64,000 nt of DNA from Marsupella aquatica (taxonomy: Eukaryota > Plantae > Marchantiophyta). Position 1 is the first letter of the stretch; each line of letters opens with the position of its first letter. Where the stretch lies: assembly GCA_973895155.1 (NCBI GenBank), contig OZ316898.1:11865187-11929186 (forward strand), in the 5' to 3' direction. A program made the position numbers and the translations under genes. Positions 51,090 through 64,000 of the stretch are shown here, in pieces. The notes under the pieces are model-generated. The model ran no database searches and was not told where the DNA came from. It saw only the letters and a program-made list of their open reading frames with translations.

Positions 51090-52067
51090 CCTCTGTAAGG
51101 CCTGACTTCAATTCCATGAATTGTGACCAGGCGACTGAATTGCAGCTTTCTGTTATGATTTTTAAAATGAAACCTGAATATTTGTGCCTGCTACACAATA
51201 GAATCCACCAAGGTAGCGGGATAGACTGGGGCTGAGGGGAGCTTCAATTATCCTATTCAGAAGGCCTGCAAAATGACCATTGTGAGATCATTATAAGCTT
51301 ACCGAATTAGTTTGCCTAGCCCATGGTGGAAAAAGATCGCACAATACTCATTAATCTGAAAAGAGTGGCAGAGTTTGTTTTTCATTAAAAAAAGTGCAAC
51401 CCACTACAGTAAAACTCAGAAAGAAACATCAGGTGTCATATTACAGCAAAACTACCAGGTAATTGTGCACAAGTGTCATGGGAGTGAATTATACAAGTCG
51501 CTGCAATGTCAAAAAAATTGAAAATCATTAGACAGGTATTTGGGATCATAGTGGCTAGTTTGGTCAAATAGTATCAGTGAAATCGCCTCCTTTTCTTCTA
51601 TATACTTGCGATTGTAGACAATCTTGCCATCTCTATTTTCTTGCAATGGTTTCCTTTCCAATTTCAGTCTTTTAATCTTGTAATGAAGTGAAGAATATCA
51701 CAAAATTCACTGCACACCTAATAATGGCATATATCTTGCAATGAGTGGTAAGAAATTGAGGGGGGGGGAGGCATCCCACAAATTCCAATTTCTGAGCTTC
51801 CATATTCTTTCAGAATTACTTTCATTAGAATTTGTGCCGTACACGCCATTGTATATACAGGCTGTCTTAGGGTACAGTACTAAATGTTAGAGCAAGCCTT
51901 CAGGACAATATGTGTGGCCAGATTTCAACCCAAGATGGAAATTTAGTACAGTAGCTTCATTTGACTCTTCTGGGCTGAGAATTGAAGCTATGTAATAGAT
52001 TTTAGTACCTAATATAAGTCCACATAACTCAATATAGAATTTTGGATCACAGTATTGTATGACACCT

Positions 52068-52170
52068 TCTCTACTTAATAGGGATAGATAAAGTTTTCTT
52101 TAACTCAAAGGTAAAAACTCTCTACTTAATAGGGATAGATGAAGTTTTCTTTAACTCAAAGGTAAAAACT
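52068..52170. repeat. 51-bp tandem duplication
   Basis: tctctacttaatagggatagat.aagttttctttaactcaaaggtaaaaac occurs twice. Confidence 0.85.
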
Positions 52171-55100
52171 ACCTTCCACAGTATTGGTTTGAGCTACATT
52201 CCTTGATGTGGGCCCATACATCACAAATCTCCAGCATTTCTATCATGACCAGCATTGTGAACTCTTTTTGAGCAATCATTACTATGCCCAGTAGGATGGT
52301 GTGTTGTTAGTCTAGCTTATTAGAATGAGATTGTACAAAACTCTGGGAAGGGTTGCAGCGGGCAGCTCACAAAGCATTGGAACAAGATTTAGGGTTCTTG
52401 TAGCCAGACCAAGATTGTAGCAAAGCAGCAATCCGCCAATGGAGCTAACCACTGTTTGGATTGCACAGGTTGATGCCTGTGTGTAGGCAGAATGTGCATT
52501 TCAATTTAGACATTCTGATATTGCTATTGAGCTTACTGGAAGTTACAAGTTAGCCCGGATGCATGCCACTGTTCAAAAGCTGTCATCAAAATCAAGTCAA
52601 AACGTGGGACAGGAAGCATCGGTTCAGGTTGATTAGAACAACCATGCCAGGAGTTGCATTTGACTCGTTGGAACTGTCACCTTCTCCCAAAGGATCCTGC
52701 GATGGAAGTCCTACTCAAATTGCGGTATGGCCCTGGAAATTTTTAAACATTCTCCTGAAGCTTTGCATTACAAAATACTAAAAGTGGTATACTGTCTTTA
52801 GTTTTTAACAACGAACCCAACTTTTATTAGCTCAGCCATAGAAATTGTGGACAAGCAAAAGGAGAGTGGTTCACTTTCTTTTCCTTTAGAAAGTTAAGTT
52901 TCCATGCAAGGTTGTTTTGATCGAATTGCCTACAAAGCATCTTCTTCCTTCTTCCCTCAAGACGAGCTCTGTCTTTGATCTGTTGGGCTGGCTAATTTGA
53001 GAATGATGCAGGTCAGGATATCCTGAAATATCCTGAAATAGTTATCAACTGAAATTGATCTATCTATCCATCTAATTTTTTGTGCCAAAGTACATGTAGT
53101 CAATGAACCATCATGAAGTACAATCTGAGTGATCTGGCTTAAGATTAAGATTAGATCTGAATGACTGAAATGCTGAAGTATGACAAGCCCTAATTTTCCA
53201 TACTCATTAAGACACAATGAATGATTCGTGTGTCATGGAAAATGTAAAAGGAAGATTGCCAGATGCGGCATTGAATTGTTTTTGATTGATATGTTTTTAG
53301 GTCAGACTATCATGACAATATAAAAATCTCTATAGTGAAAATGAGCATAGGACCAGGTTTTCCCATTTAACCTAAACGAAGCAATGATAGAATAATCAAA
53401 TATTTGTGGGTGGTGTCATTAGTCAAATAACTTCCTTTCAATAGTTTGTGTTAAGAGAATTGTCATCTTTGAGGCCATGATATTATAGTAATTTCCATTC
53501 CTCCATCTCAGTACCAACTCCTCAATATTTACGGAAGCCAAATGAATATGTTCTGAAGATCAATTCCATTATCTGTGACAGTTCTAATGGATGATTTCCC
53601 CTCATTGAATTGTTTGAGGGTTGATCTGCTGAATGCCTGAGAAAAGGCTTGGCCAGTTGAAAATGTCTAAGTTTTCTGCAGGATGGTAAACTTTTAAAAG
53701 GGAATTGAAGGTCTTCTCCTCTATGGTCAAAGTTCTTATATTCTTTGGAGGTCACATCCAATCAATGTAATTCATCCTTAACAAGATTCCTAAAGGATAG
53801 TTTTAGTTGTCACATGTGTTGTCTTTGAAAGCATGCACTTTCTTTTCATCACCCTTTCCATTATATTGCAATTTCTTAAAGGTAAAACTTCTCATCTCTG
53901 TGAGCTAAAGCTGTAAAGTAGCTGAGAGTCTGAAGTGCCTTGAAAAGTCCTAATCATGCTATCCTTTTGTATGGCCATATTTCTTTTAGGGCATGGAAAT
54001 CACAGACTTTATTGAATGATACCTCACAACAGCAAGAAGCAATAAGACTTATCTCATGAAAAAACATCTGACTGTTGTAAGACCCAGTACAGTTGTCCCT
54101 TGTTGGCTATATGATAGCCACCCAGATAGTTTGTTGATGTCTCTAGCAGGTTCTCCAACGTAAATGGAAAAGCACTAATGAAAATTATGAAGCTGATATG
54201 ATGATGAATACACCTTTCAAATTTTGTCTTATTACATTTGTATTAAATGAATTACATATCACTACAAGACAAAAAAAGGGCATGTTCTAGGATGAGCATG
54301 TTCCAGGATGAACATGCTATATGACAGATTGAGCTATGCTACAGATTCTCAGAATTCTTATGAATATCCATAAAATCTCAAAACATGTTTTTTGGGTCTT
54401 GTTTTGTCTGCTGGGCTATGTTTGCAGATTCATTGCTCTTCATTAGTCTTATTTTTCTCCCCTTGCTAAGCATGTGCTGTGTGTCTTTCAGAAGTGATTT
54501 TCATCCAACTCCACTCCACTTCACTTCACTTCACTTCATAGCTATTGTCCACTTAACATCATAGCAATTTTACGTGTAGTTGTTTATGTCTAGGTGACAG
54601 CTGATTTTTGGGGTCAATCTGCATAAGTTTATCATCTAGCTCCATTTTTTCATTCATAAATAGTTTGGGAATTTGTTTATGCCTAGGAATCTTTCTCCAA
54701 TGTACAGAAATGCCCGGCACCCCTCCCCCTAATGCTTTAGTAATACACAAGCTGTACTGATACACAAGTTAGACAAATTAACAACACAGCAGCAAGCACA
54801 GTAGTTTATTTGTGTCAGTGGATACCCTAAAGGCTGGTCACACAGACACTTTTTTTTTCTTTCTCTTCAGTATAATTATAATTTGCCAGCTTTTATATTA
54901 TAATACATTGTGACACAATCTTACAACAGTGTGTTGTATCCAAATAGACAACATAGCCTTTGCAAAATAAACATTTGCAATCTTGTTGGGCAGCTCATTC
55001 AAAGGCTGTTTCCCCTTCCTATATCAACTAGAAAATAGAGAAAGGTGGGGTTTAAGGTGTCAACCAGTCCTAACACCCTAAACCCTAAACTACTCAATAT

Positions 55101-56909
55101 GAATTAAAAAATCTCCTTATGTTTGTCTTCTGGAAAATCATGAATATCCTAGCACAGGTAGGGTATTGAATACACCTAGAACCTTCTCTGTCCTCACCCT
55201 AGTTTCACGCTGTTCATGGGATCATCAGGAAAAAATGGTTCCACTTAAGAACAATGTTTTCTTGGGAAGTATCGGCAAAATATCTTAATAATTGACACAC
55301 AATATCTAGGCCCAATATCTGTTTGGTGAGTATACAAATTTTCATGGTGTAAAGTATTAAGTGTGCCTTTGTACTCTATTATTTACTTGACTACTCCTCT
55401 TTCTAATCTGTTCTGCGTGAAACTTTGTCCACTTTTGTCTTTTTGCTTTTCCATATGCCTTTTTAAACCCGTGATGTGTGCCTGATACTCTACTCATACA
55501 TTGAAGCTCAGGTTGGCGATGATGTGGAGACTTTGTTATCTATTTGAATGGTCAAAATTTGATGAGCCTGGATACTATTAGTGTAGTTTTTGGAAGGTGG
55601 CTTTGGTGAAGGTGGGTACCAATGCCAAGGTATCATTGTTCTCATACTGTTAGGGTTGCTTTGCAAGAGGTCTCTGCCCATTGTTTCCCTCCGAGATTAA
55701 ATCTGGAATGTAATCAATGAAAACAGCTGCAGTCGGCTTTACAAAAACCAGGGGCCCATTCAGGTATAGTGTCTACCAATCCCACATGCAAGGAGTGTGG
55801 GCAAGGAAATGCTGATGAGTAATACTTCTTTTGTCTAGAATTTTAGACCGCCTCTAGAGATGCTTCAAACATTTCCAAATTTTGGCTCCTCATTGAAGGG
55901 ATTTGCATTAGTGAATTTGACTTGAAAGACTTTTGGTCTGAAGTCTATCTATAGAAAAAGAGTGGCCCTCCAGTTTGCTATGCTGGAAATAGTTATGACT
56001 TATGAAGACACCCTTAAAATTCTACACTCCCCCCCTGAAAACAAAACCTGGTGAATCCAGGGCATCATTATAAACTAATAATGTGTTAACAAAATAAAAA
56101 GTGGACAGAGAGTGACTGTTTTGTACTCCCTTAGCTTAGTGGACAGGGGCTATTTAAATTCAAATGGAAGGTTTAGTTAGAAGGTCCTCTTAGCCCCTCA
56201 TAAAGAGTGTCTCATCTCACTCCCCAAGCTTCAAATGGAAGATTTAGTAGGTGGCTCCTCTGCGCCTCTCACAAACAGTCTCTCACCTCACTCCCCAAGT
56301 AAATGGAAGGTTTAGAGCCAACTTGCACTTGGGCACCCTTTGTTTTCCAACCCTCAACTTAATGGATGACATTCAAACATTGACAGAGGAATTCATGCCA
56401 AAGAGAGAACCAAGGGCAAGGGCCATCAACTTTCCCACCCTTGAGGTACCCTACTTTGACATGACAGTAAAACAAAAATCACCTTTGGAAGGTCTTGTGA
56501 AAAAGCTAGACATTGTGGACAAGCGAGATCTTCTGTCACTTCAGAGAGTGCTAAGGGCCCATTATTTGAGGACTGCACACATGCAAGTTAGCTCTTAGTT
56601 ATGCAAGATAGATCTTACTGTAGTTAGGTGGCTCCTGTGAGCCTCTCACAAAGTTCTCTCACCTCACTCCCCAAGCTTGTAGGATGGGTTGGGTGAGACG
56701 TTTGGCTGGGTGCTCCTCAGACAAAGACTTCGATTATTGTCACATGTAGTGGTTTGGAGTACCGGTGTTGTACAGTACAGCCCAACTCTGATTCAAGTGT
56801 GGTAGTTGGCTTTGGTTTGCTCTTGTCACTGTTTGAGTGTTTGGGTTTGGTTGGATTGGAAAGATGATGATGATTATTCCCGCCTGCCCTTCAGAGGTTG
56901 TTGGACAGA

Positions 56910-57125
56910 CGCAGAATTGAAATGCCGTTGTTTCCCACTTTTCGTGGGGTTGGATCAGAGGACGGCAGTGGAGTTCGTTGGGCCCAGATGAAGAGAGAGA
57001 ATTGAAATGTGGGAAACTCTGTTGTTTCCCACTTTCCATGGGTTGGCTCCGAGGAGTTCGTTGCCCCAGAAGAAGAGAGTAAATTTGAAGTGAGAGATTT
57101 CTGTCGTTTCCCACTTTTTGATGTC
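56910..57125. repeat. Three ~90-bp degenerate repeats with a tttcccact motif, upstream of HMA
   Basis: gaattgaaatg...tgtttcccactt...gggttgg...ggagttcgttg..ccaga.gaagagag is repeated. Confidence 0.7.
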
Positions 57126-59542
57126 GAGTTGTTGATTATTGTGTTCTGGAACAGCGCCTCGGTGATTCTGTTCTTTAAACTGTGCGGGATTGAAAGCAGA
57201 GTTGTGAGCTGGTCCATGGGGTTGGTGATAAGTTCCCACTTTGCACCGAACTGTACAATTAGTACTCGATTGAAAGAAGAGTAAGGTACACTAAGGTTGC
57301 TGTCTCCAGGCCTGGGCGGTTGGTGCTTCCCACGAATCCCACCTAGCATTCGTTTTGACCACTTGAAAGGAGAGTTGCCTTGCCGTGTGGGACTGGGTTG
57401 GCCGTGCAGTGCAGTGGAAGGGAAAGTAGTCACAGAATCTCCGGCTGCTAATCGTGGTTTTTCTTGGGCTCAAGAATTTGGAAAAAAATCTCATGGCAGT
57501 TGTGAGATTCGATGGGAAGCAGCTAGAGCAGTAGTTTGGTTTTCAAAAAGATCCAATTGACTGCAGGATTCTCCAGCTCTGCCAAATTGCTCAAAGGAAT
57601 ACTTGACGGTCGGAGAAATCTCTGGCTAATTGGAAAGATTTCAATGAGATTCAGAACAGGAGGGGCTTTGAGAAGTACCTGCTCAAGATTTCACCTCTTT
57701 GTGCGGTTGGTCGGGTTGTGAACGCCCTTTCTAGATGACGATCTCGGTGGCAGTCCCTCCAGAGAAGATGGAAGATCATAGATATGGCCTTCCGTCATCC
57801 TGCATCGTTTCTCTTCAGGTTTCTTCCACTTTTTGGCCCCTTAGTATCTGCAGCCAAATTAGGCAACACCTTCCTTCGGTATTTTATCGCTTATCTTTAG
57901 GTCACGGTCGTCTTCTGTCGAGATTTCAGGTTTGCCACGGGAAATTTGTCTAGTAACCTTATCCCTCACCTTTCCTTTTGCGTTCACTTCGGCGATTTCC
58001 AGATCACTGGGAAAGGATGTTCGTGCTACGTTGCTTTTTTCTGTGTTTTCTGTGATTGAATGATTTCACTCCCTGAAGGAAAAGTGATGGTATTATTTTG
58101 CCGTGGTGGCATATTTACCATGTTTGGCTTGTTGTTGTGATCTGCGTCAAGTCTGTCTCGGTACTCCACTTATTCACCAGGTCACATGATCTTCACGTTG
58201 GAAATGCCTACGAATTTCCAGAGAGTGTAAAGCACCGGAAATGTCTACCATTTGTCTGGTTCGGAATCTTTTTGTTGTTATTAGTAGCGGCAATTCAGTG
58301 AGTGCCCATACAAAGATCCCGTTGCCTCTAAAAGTGTTGGGTTTTTCTCCGAAAGGTGAAATGTGTTAGTGAGTATCTTGGCCAGTAGAGGGAGCTTTTG
58401 GACTTATTTCAATTCTGGAAGGATCCGACCTCTGAGGTGGGTGGAGTAATGTGGGTTTGTGTGCAGCGGCGGCATGATTCCAGCAAGCATCTGTTGGTGC
58501 TCGAGGGTGGAGGATTTACGTACCTTTCGGTGCCTCCTTCTAAGTCCGCGGACGAGGGGACGCTGTGCTTTTTGGATCACCGGATGGAAACGTGGGATTC
58601 TGTGTCGGAAATGTGCTGCTTGCGAGAAGCTGGGCACGTTCATGCGCACGTCCACCGTGGCGATACTACCGAGGACATTCTCCTTGAGCAGGCAAATTTC
58701 CGCACCTTGTTGATCAGACTGAGCTTTAATTTGAAAGGTTTAACATTGCGATAAAATGTAAACTTCTGGCGTGATGCGGCTTGCATAGAAAATCTAATTC
58801 GCCTTCTTTGAGATGTAGTTCGTGTTGGGCAGGCTGTCTCCAGGCGCTGTATCCCATTTGCACAAATATCTTCCTTTCTCACGTCCTTTGCCAATCGACA
58901 TGTGACAATTCCTTTCGTTGTGGTCTCCAGAATCAAGGGTCTAGTTAAAAAATATCTTCCCCTTCCCTGTGTCGTCTTGGTATGTACTCCCATATTTCTG
59001 ATCTTAAATGTCAGTATCAGGATGCCGCATGCCACACAAGTAGTGCAATTACAGTGCAGGGAGAACCGATTTTCTCCTCTTAGTAAGCTTTTCTATTCTT
59101 TCTCAAAGAGACTTTGCATCCTCCACTCAGATCTCAGGGAAGCTGGGGGTAGCAAAGGGGGCAGATTACGTTCAGTCCATATTGGATATCTGAGATTTAA
59201 GATATCGATTGTCAAGGATTCTTGCCGTTTCTAGAGGTCAGAGGTTGCAGTGGCCATCTCTTTCACCACAATCTGGAAGGCTATTCCCCATCTTTGGGCC
59301 TTTCATCCTTCAAAAACTTAAAAACGAAAAAATTCTAAGAGCGTGACGGAAGCAGCTTATCCCACTGTATGTGCAAGGCCAGATTGGAGAAGGTAACCTG
59401 AGCACCTCGATAAGAACCTGTTTGTTCGCATTTTTTATATTAGGAGAACATCACAGGGGAGTTTTCTGTAAGCCGGTTGATCATGAGTCATTCATATCCG
59501 AAGGTAGCTTAACTTTTCCGCTCGTTGTCTGTTTTTCAGTGT

Positions 59543-62500
59543 ATGGAGGAAGCAGGCTGTACCCTGCCAATGCCCTGGGATATGGGAAGCATTCGGACTC
59601 CAATTTTTTGTGGCGATGAGCGTGATTCGGACCATGAACACCAGGAGGGTTGTGGCCACAACCGGATTGCACACGGCGATCACTTCGATTGGCTTATACC
59701 TCAGGACGATGGTTCCTACGTTTTGAAACATGCGCAGGCAACAGCTAATGGGGTTTCCCGATTCATTGAACATGGCCGGCTTGTGAAAGTCGGGGAATCC
59801 CTTGGCCAGCTGAAAAGGAGGCCAAAGCAGCTGGTTAATCTATTCTCTTACGAAAGTCCCAATAGAAAGGGATATGAAAGCCTTCCAACAGCAGAGGAGA
59901 TGCTCGACACTGAGATTGTGGCTTTTGTCAAGTCACCATCCAGTGGTTGTCTGGCATTATCGTCTCCCAAAGCAGCAGCAGTTGTCCAGGAGGATGTGAA
60001 ATTAACTGTACCGAGGGGTTTCAAAGGCCAGGGAATGGTAAAGACAACCTTTGATGTAATGGGTATCTGCTGCCCCTCTGAGGTACCCCTCGTCAAGAAA
60101 ATTTTAGCCCCTGTGCCAGGAGTTGAAGAAGTACTCGTGAATCCAACTTCTAAAACAGTCACAGTACTCCATGATCCTACCATTGTTGCAGATGTACAGC
60201 TCGGTAAGGTCTGACTTTAATTACATGACATACGATCAGGAGACTGACCAGCGGCTTTTTGTTTTGATTTTCAAATTTGTCTACCTGCTATGCTCTTGAA
60301 TCTACCGAAATAGCTGCTTACTGGTATGGCATGAAATGCACTGAAAGTTGGCGGCATTCTGTTGTCTCTCCATAGACACGGGGTCCAATGCTCCCTTTTC
60401 CTTTATTCTTTTGATCTCTAGACAAACAGTGGAAGTCACGTAAGACTAACAAATCTTGGTATGTGATAGACTTTAAACTTGAACTCAAAACAAAATGAGC
60501 AAAATCCATGCAGTAGGTAATTATCTTTTGCCTCAAGAAGTTTAAGCTAAGGCTCTCTTCATTTTTGTGATGGAATGCAGTGAAGCTTTTAAATGAAGCA
60601 AGACTGGATGCCAGCATACACCAACGTGGGAAGCGGAGAGTAGCTCACAAGTGGCCCAGCCCTTGGACTATAGGCTCAGGAGTGCTTTTGTTGATCGCAT
60701 TCCTACACTATGCTTGGTCTCCTCTGAAATGGGTTGCTCTGGGTTCCGTAGCTGTTGGTGTCCCTCCAATTCTTGTCCGCAGTTTGGTGGCTCTAAGGCG
60801 ATGTATTTTGGACATCAATGCACTAATGATCATAGCAGGTGAGGCAATTTCTTCAATCGAAGGTTTGCATTACGACTTGTCAGAGTAAAAGGCTGGTAAA
60901 ATTTCCCAAAAATTGTGTTGCTGGTAAAGTTTATAGCCATCCTTTCTCCAGAAGAAGCTTGGATTTGATTATTCTGTTATATGTCTTCAACTCACGGTTT
61001 ACTGTCAAATATGTATGCAGTGGGTGGTGCGATTGCCCTGGGGGACTATGTAGAAGCTGGCTCCATTTGCTTCTTATTCACTCTCGCAGATTGGTTAGAA
61101 TCAAGGTCCAGCGACAAGGCAAGTAATTAGCTGTCATGAAGTAGTACATTTAGGTCCCCAAATCTGCAATCGAGGACGAAAATTTACCTCAAGATGTATA
61201 TGCTTATAAGAGTTTTGCGTAAGTAGGAGCTAAGTCACATAGTACTGCGGCCTGCGATGATCGAAATGGTGTGCCTCAATCTGATCCTGTGTTTGAATTA
61301 TATTCTTGCAGGCTCGTGACGCAATTTCAAATGTTGCCGAACTTGCACCGCAGACTGCTGTCCTTATGGATGGTCAAAGAGTTAGTGTGGAGGATGTCAA
61401 AGTAGGAACCGTATTAGCTGTTAAGGCCGGAGAGCTTATTCCCATTGACGGAGAAGTTGTCTCAGGGAAGAGTTCCATAGACGAGAGCAATGTGACAGGT
61501 GAATCCAAGCCGGTCGAGAAGACGATGGGAGCTGTGGTGTGGGCTGGCACCATGAATCTCTCAGGTACAGTAGAGATCCAGAAATGCCTATCGCTAAATT
61601 GTCCGAAGGTAACATTCGAGTTCCTGGTCTTGTGCTGTGTTGGTCATAGGTTTTATCTTTCTCTGACGTCTGTGTAGTCCTGTAGGTTATATAAGTGTGA
61701 AGACCACCGCACTTGCGGAAGACTCGGCTGTTTCCAGAATGGTGCGGCTAGTTGAAGAAGCTCAGAATCAGCATTCCCGAACCGAGCAGTTGGTTGAAAA
61801 AGTTGCAAAATATTACACTCCACGTAAGCTTCATGACATCAATTCTCTCATTTGCTTGACATCATGTCGTCCAGTGTGATTTCTAGCAGACAATTATGGA
61901 GCAGTCCGAGCAGCTGCGTAAATTTTGATTTATTCAATTGGCATGCGTTACGTATCTATAGAGTCAAAGAATGTTATTATGTTTATGTAACCAGGCTATG
62001 GCTTGTTAATACTGTGTTTTTGCATTTGGTTTTGCAGTTGTTGTGCTCTCTGCACTACTCATAGCAGTTATCCCATTGGCAGTTGGGACTCATCATCATA
62101 GGCATTGGATTTACTTGGCTCTGGTCCTTCTTGTGGTAGCCTGTCCCTGTGCCTTGGTTATATCCACGCCTGTGACTACAACATGTGGAATTGCACAGGC
62201 TGCTCGATCAGGCCTACTCGTTAGGGGAGGCGGTCACTTAGAAGCCTTGGCAAGGGTGAAGGTGCTGGCAGTTGACAAGACCGGGACGTTGACTGAAGGC
62301 CACTTTCGTGTCTTAGACGTCCATCCTATTGACAGTGGGACAAGTGCCCAACAAATCTTATATTGGTAGGTGGTAGCCCGCGGAACTTCTGTGTTGCTTT
62401 ATACATGACTGTTGTTGAACTCGTCAAAACTGCCCCATTTATGTCCTGTGCAGTTTGGGGACGTACAGTTTTTAACTTCTATGTTTTCTCACCACATGTA

Positions 62501-64000
62501 TAACCCCTTGTTTCACGCGCTTGATCCTCTACTGAAGCTGTTCAGGATTGAAGATTTGGTGTCCCATGCATTACTGGTCTGAACTGAACTGTTTGTTTTG
62601 TTTCTAGGATTGCATGCGTGGAGAGCAAATCGAGCCATCCACTGGCACCAGCGCTGGTTGCATATGCACGACTGCAGGGAGTTGAACCAACTGGGGATAT
62701 TTCAGATTTTGAGATCCTTCCTGGATTGGGAGTATCCGCCGTAGTTGACGGCTGTAAAGTGCAGATAGGAAACGCCCGGCTAGCTGCTAATTTTGTTGGG
62801 TTCGAAGGTAAGCATCGGAATCTAAAAAATGGTTGTCTTTTCGTGTGAGCTGTTCTGGGTTATCCTGATTGTTTGTTCAGCACGGTGATGGTGTTGTGAG
62901 GCTCGATTAGCACATGCAGACTTACCGATGTTTCTGACATTCTAAAGTTTGACACGCAGGCTCCAACTCTGAAATTGTAAATACATGGAGTAGTCTGGGT
63001 GCTACCATTGGCTGGGTTGGGGTCAATGACCGATCTGTTGGGTTGTTTGGAGTTGCTGACTCTGTGCGGCCCGAGGCCATTGAAGCAGTAGCCAGCCTGA
63101 AGGTAGGATCTCGACCTCGATTTTGCACCCCAACAAACAGAGCTGGCATGAACGCAAGGGAGAAGTAGTCAGTCTGTTGTTCTCATGAAATGTTCGGTCT
63201 AGTGGTTGTCATTCAGTGACCTCCTTTCTGTATATTTCTCCTAATGTAAGTGGAGGTCCGGTGTATTGATCTGCTCACCGAGAGCTGTGACTGCTTTTCT
63301 GTATATTTCTCCTAATATAAGGGAAAGTCCGTGTGTACTGATCTGCTCACCAAGAGCTGACTTTTTGTTTGACTTACGCTAATACGTTTTGGACATTTGT
63401 CGACAGAAATTGGGCTTGCGAGTGGTCATGCTCACCGGTGACAGCGCTGCGGCTGCTTCTATTGTCCATACCCAGGTACTTCCGATAGTTCCTGCAGATG
63501 TTTGTGGTCTAGACAAGCCAAGGAAGCTTTGATGAGTGATTCCCCCTTTCAGGGATACTCTGAACGTCTATGTGACATCCAAGTCCTATTTCTTGTTGGT
63601 GTGTTCAGATTGGCGATATCGAGGTTCATTCTGAGCTCCTTCCTGAAGACAAGGTTAAACTAGTGAAGGAGTTGAAAGGAACTGGGGTCACTGCTATGGT
63701 GGGCGATGGTATAAATGACGCTCCAGCTTTGGCTCTGGCAAATATTGGAATTGCAATGGGTGTGGCAGGTTCTGCGGTTGCTATGGAAACCGCTGACGTT
63801 GCCCTCATGACAAATGATCTGCGGAAACTGGCAGTGGCCATCGAACTTGGACGGAGTGTCAGATGGAAGATCATTCAGAATGTCTCCCTGTCGTTCCTCA
63901 CAAAACTCGCCATCATCATTCTTGCAGCCGCAGGACACCCCTCCCTGTGGGCTGCTGTCCTTGCAGATGTCGGGACATGTTTGGTGGTGATCTTTAACAG
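59543..64000 (+). CDS. HMA: P1B-2 heavy-metal (Zn/Cd) transporting P-type ATPase, HMA2/3/4-like; runs off the window end
   Basis: [14 protein letters not shown] metal-binding domain, [42 protein letters not shown] and [12 protein letters not shown]. Exons are approximately 59543-60203, 60581-60838, 61021-61118, 61312-61564, 61686-61823, 62038-62365, 62608-62807, 62960-63101, 63407-63475, 63610-64000. An acceptor ttttcag just before the ATG suggests a 5'UTR intron. Confidence 0.95.

Noticed and set aside
55075-55091. ccctaaaccctaaac telomere-like motif
   Set aside because: Only two units, too short to call interstitial telomeric repeat.
56700-59540. Zinc-deficiency response element (RTGTCGACAY) upstream of HMA
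   Set aside because: No full match seen.

Overview
This is eukaryotic nuclear DNA from a land plant. Spliceosomal introns and nuclear-encoded plastid proteins are seen directly; a bryophyte/liverwort origin is only my impression from gene structure and sequence style. Five protein-coding genes are supported. They are NBS1/nibrin (13637-18867, minus), a WD40 DSE1/GNB1L/ASA1 orthologue (21655-25965, plus), the plastid HAD phosphatase PYRP2 (27818-29074, minus), plastid EF-Tu (39298-41507, plus) and a P1B-2 Zn/Cd heavy-metal ATPase (59543 to beyond 64000, plus). The intergenic space holds LTR elements, solo LTRs, a MITE, tandem repeats and gene fragments. Four observations stand out. (1) A ~1.1 kb inverted duplication of the NBS1 upstream region and exons 1-2 ends ~93 bp before the DSE1/GNB1L start codon, so two genes linked to ATM/ATR biology may be driven divergently by copies of the same promoter, with a possible in-frame chimeric transcript. 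(2) A very recent non-autonomous LTR element has a 32-nt primer-binding site complementary to the 5' half of tRNA-Ile. (3) The HMA carries an extra His/Cys N-terminal motif. (4) A CpG-decayed ghost copy of the HMA 5' non-coding region lies ~9 kb upstream.
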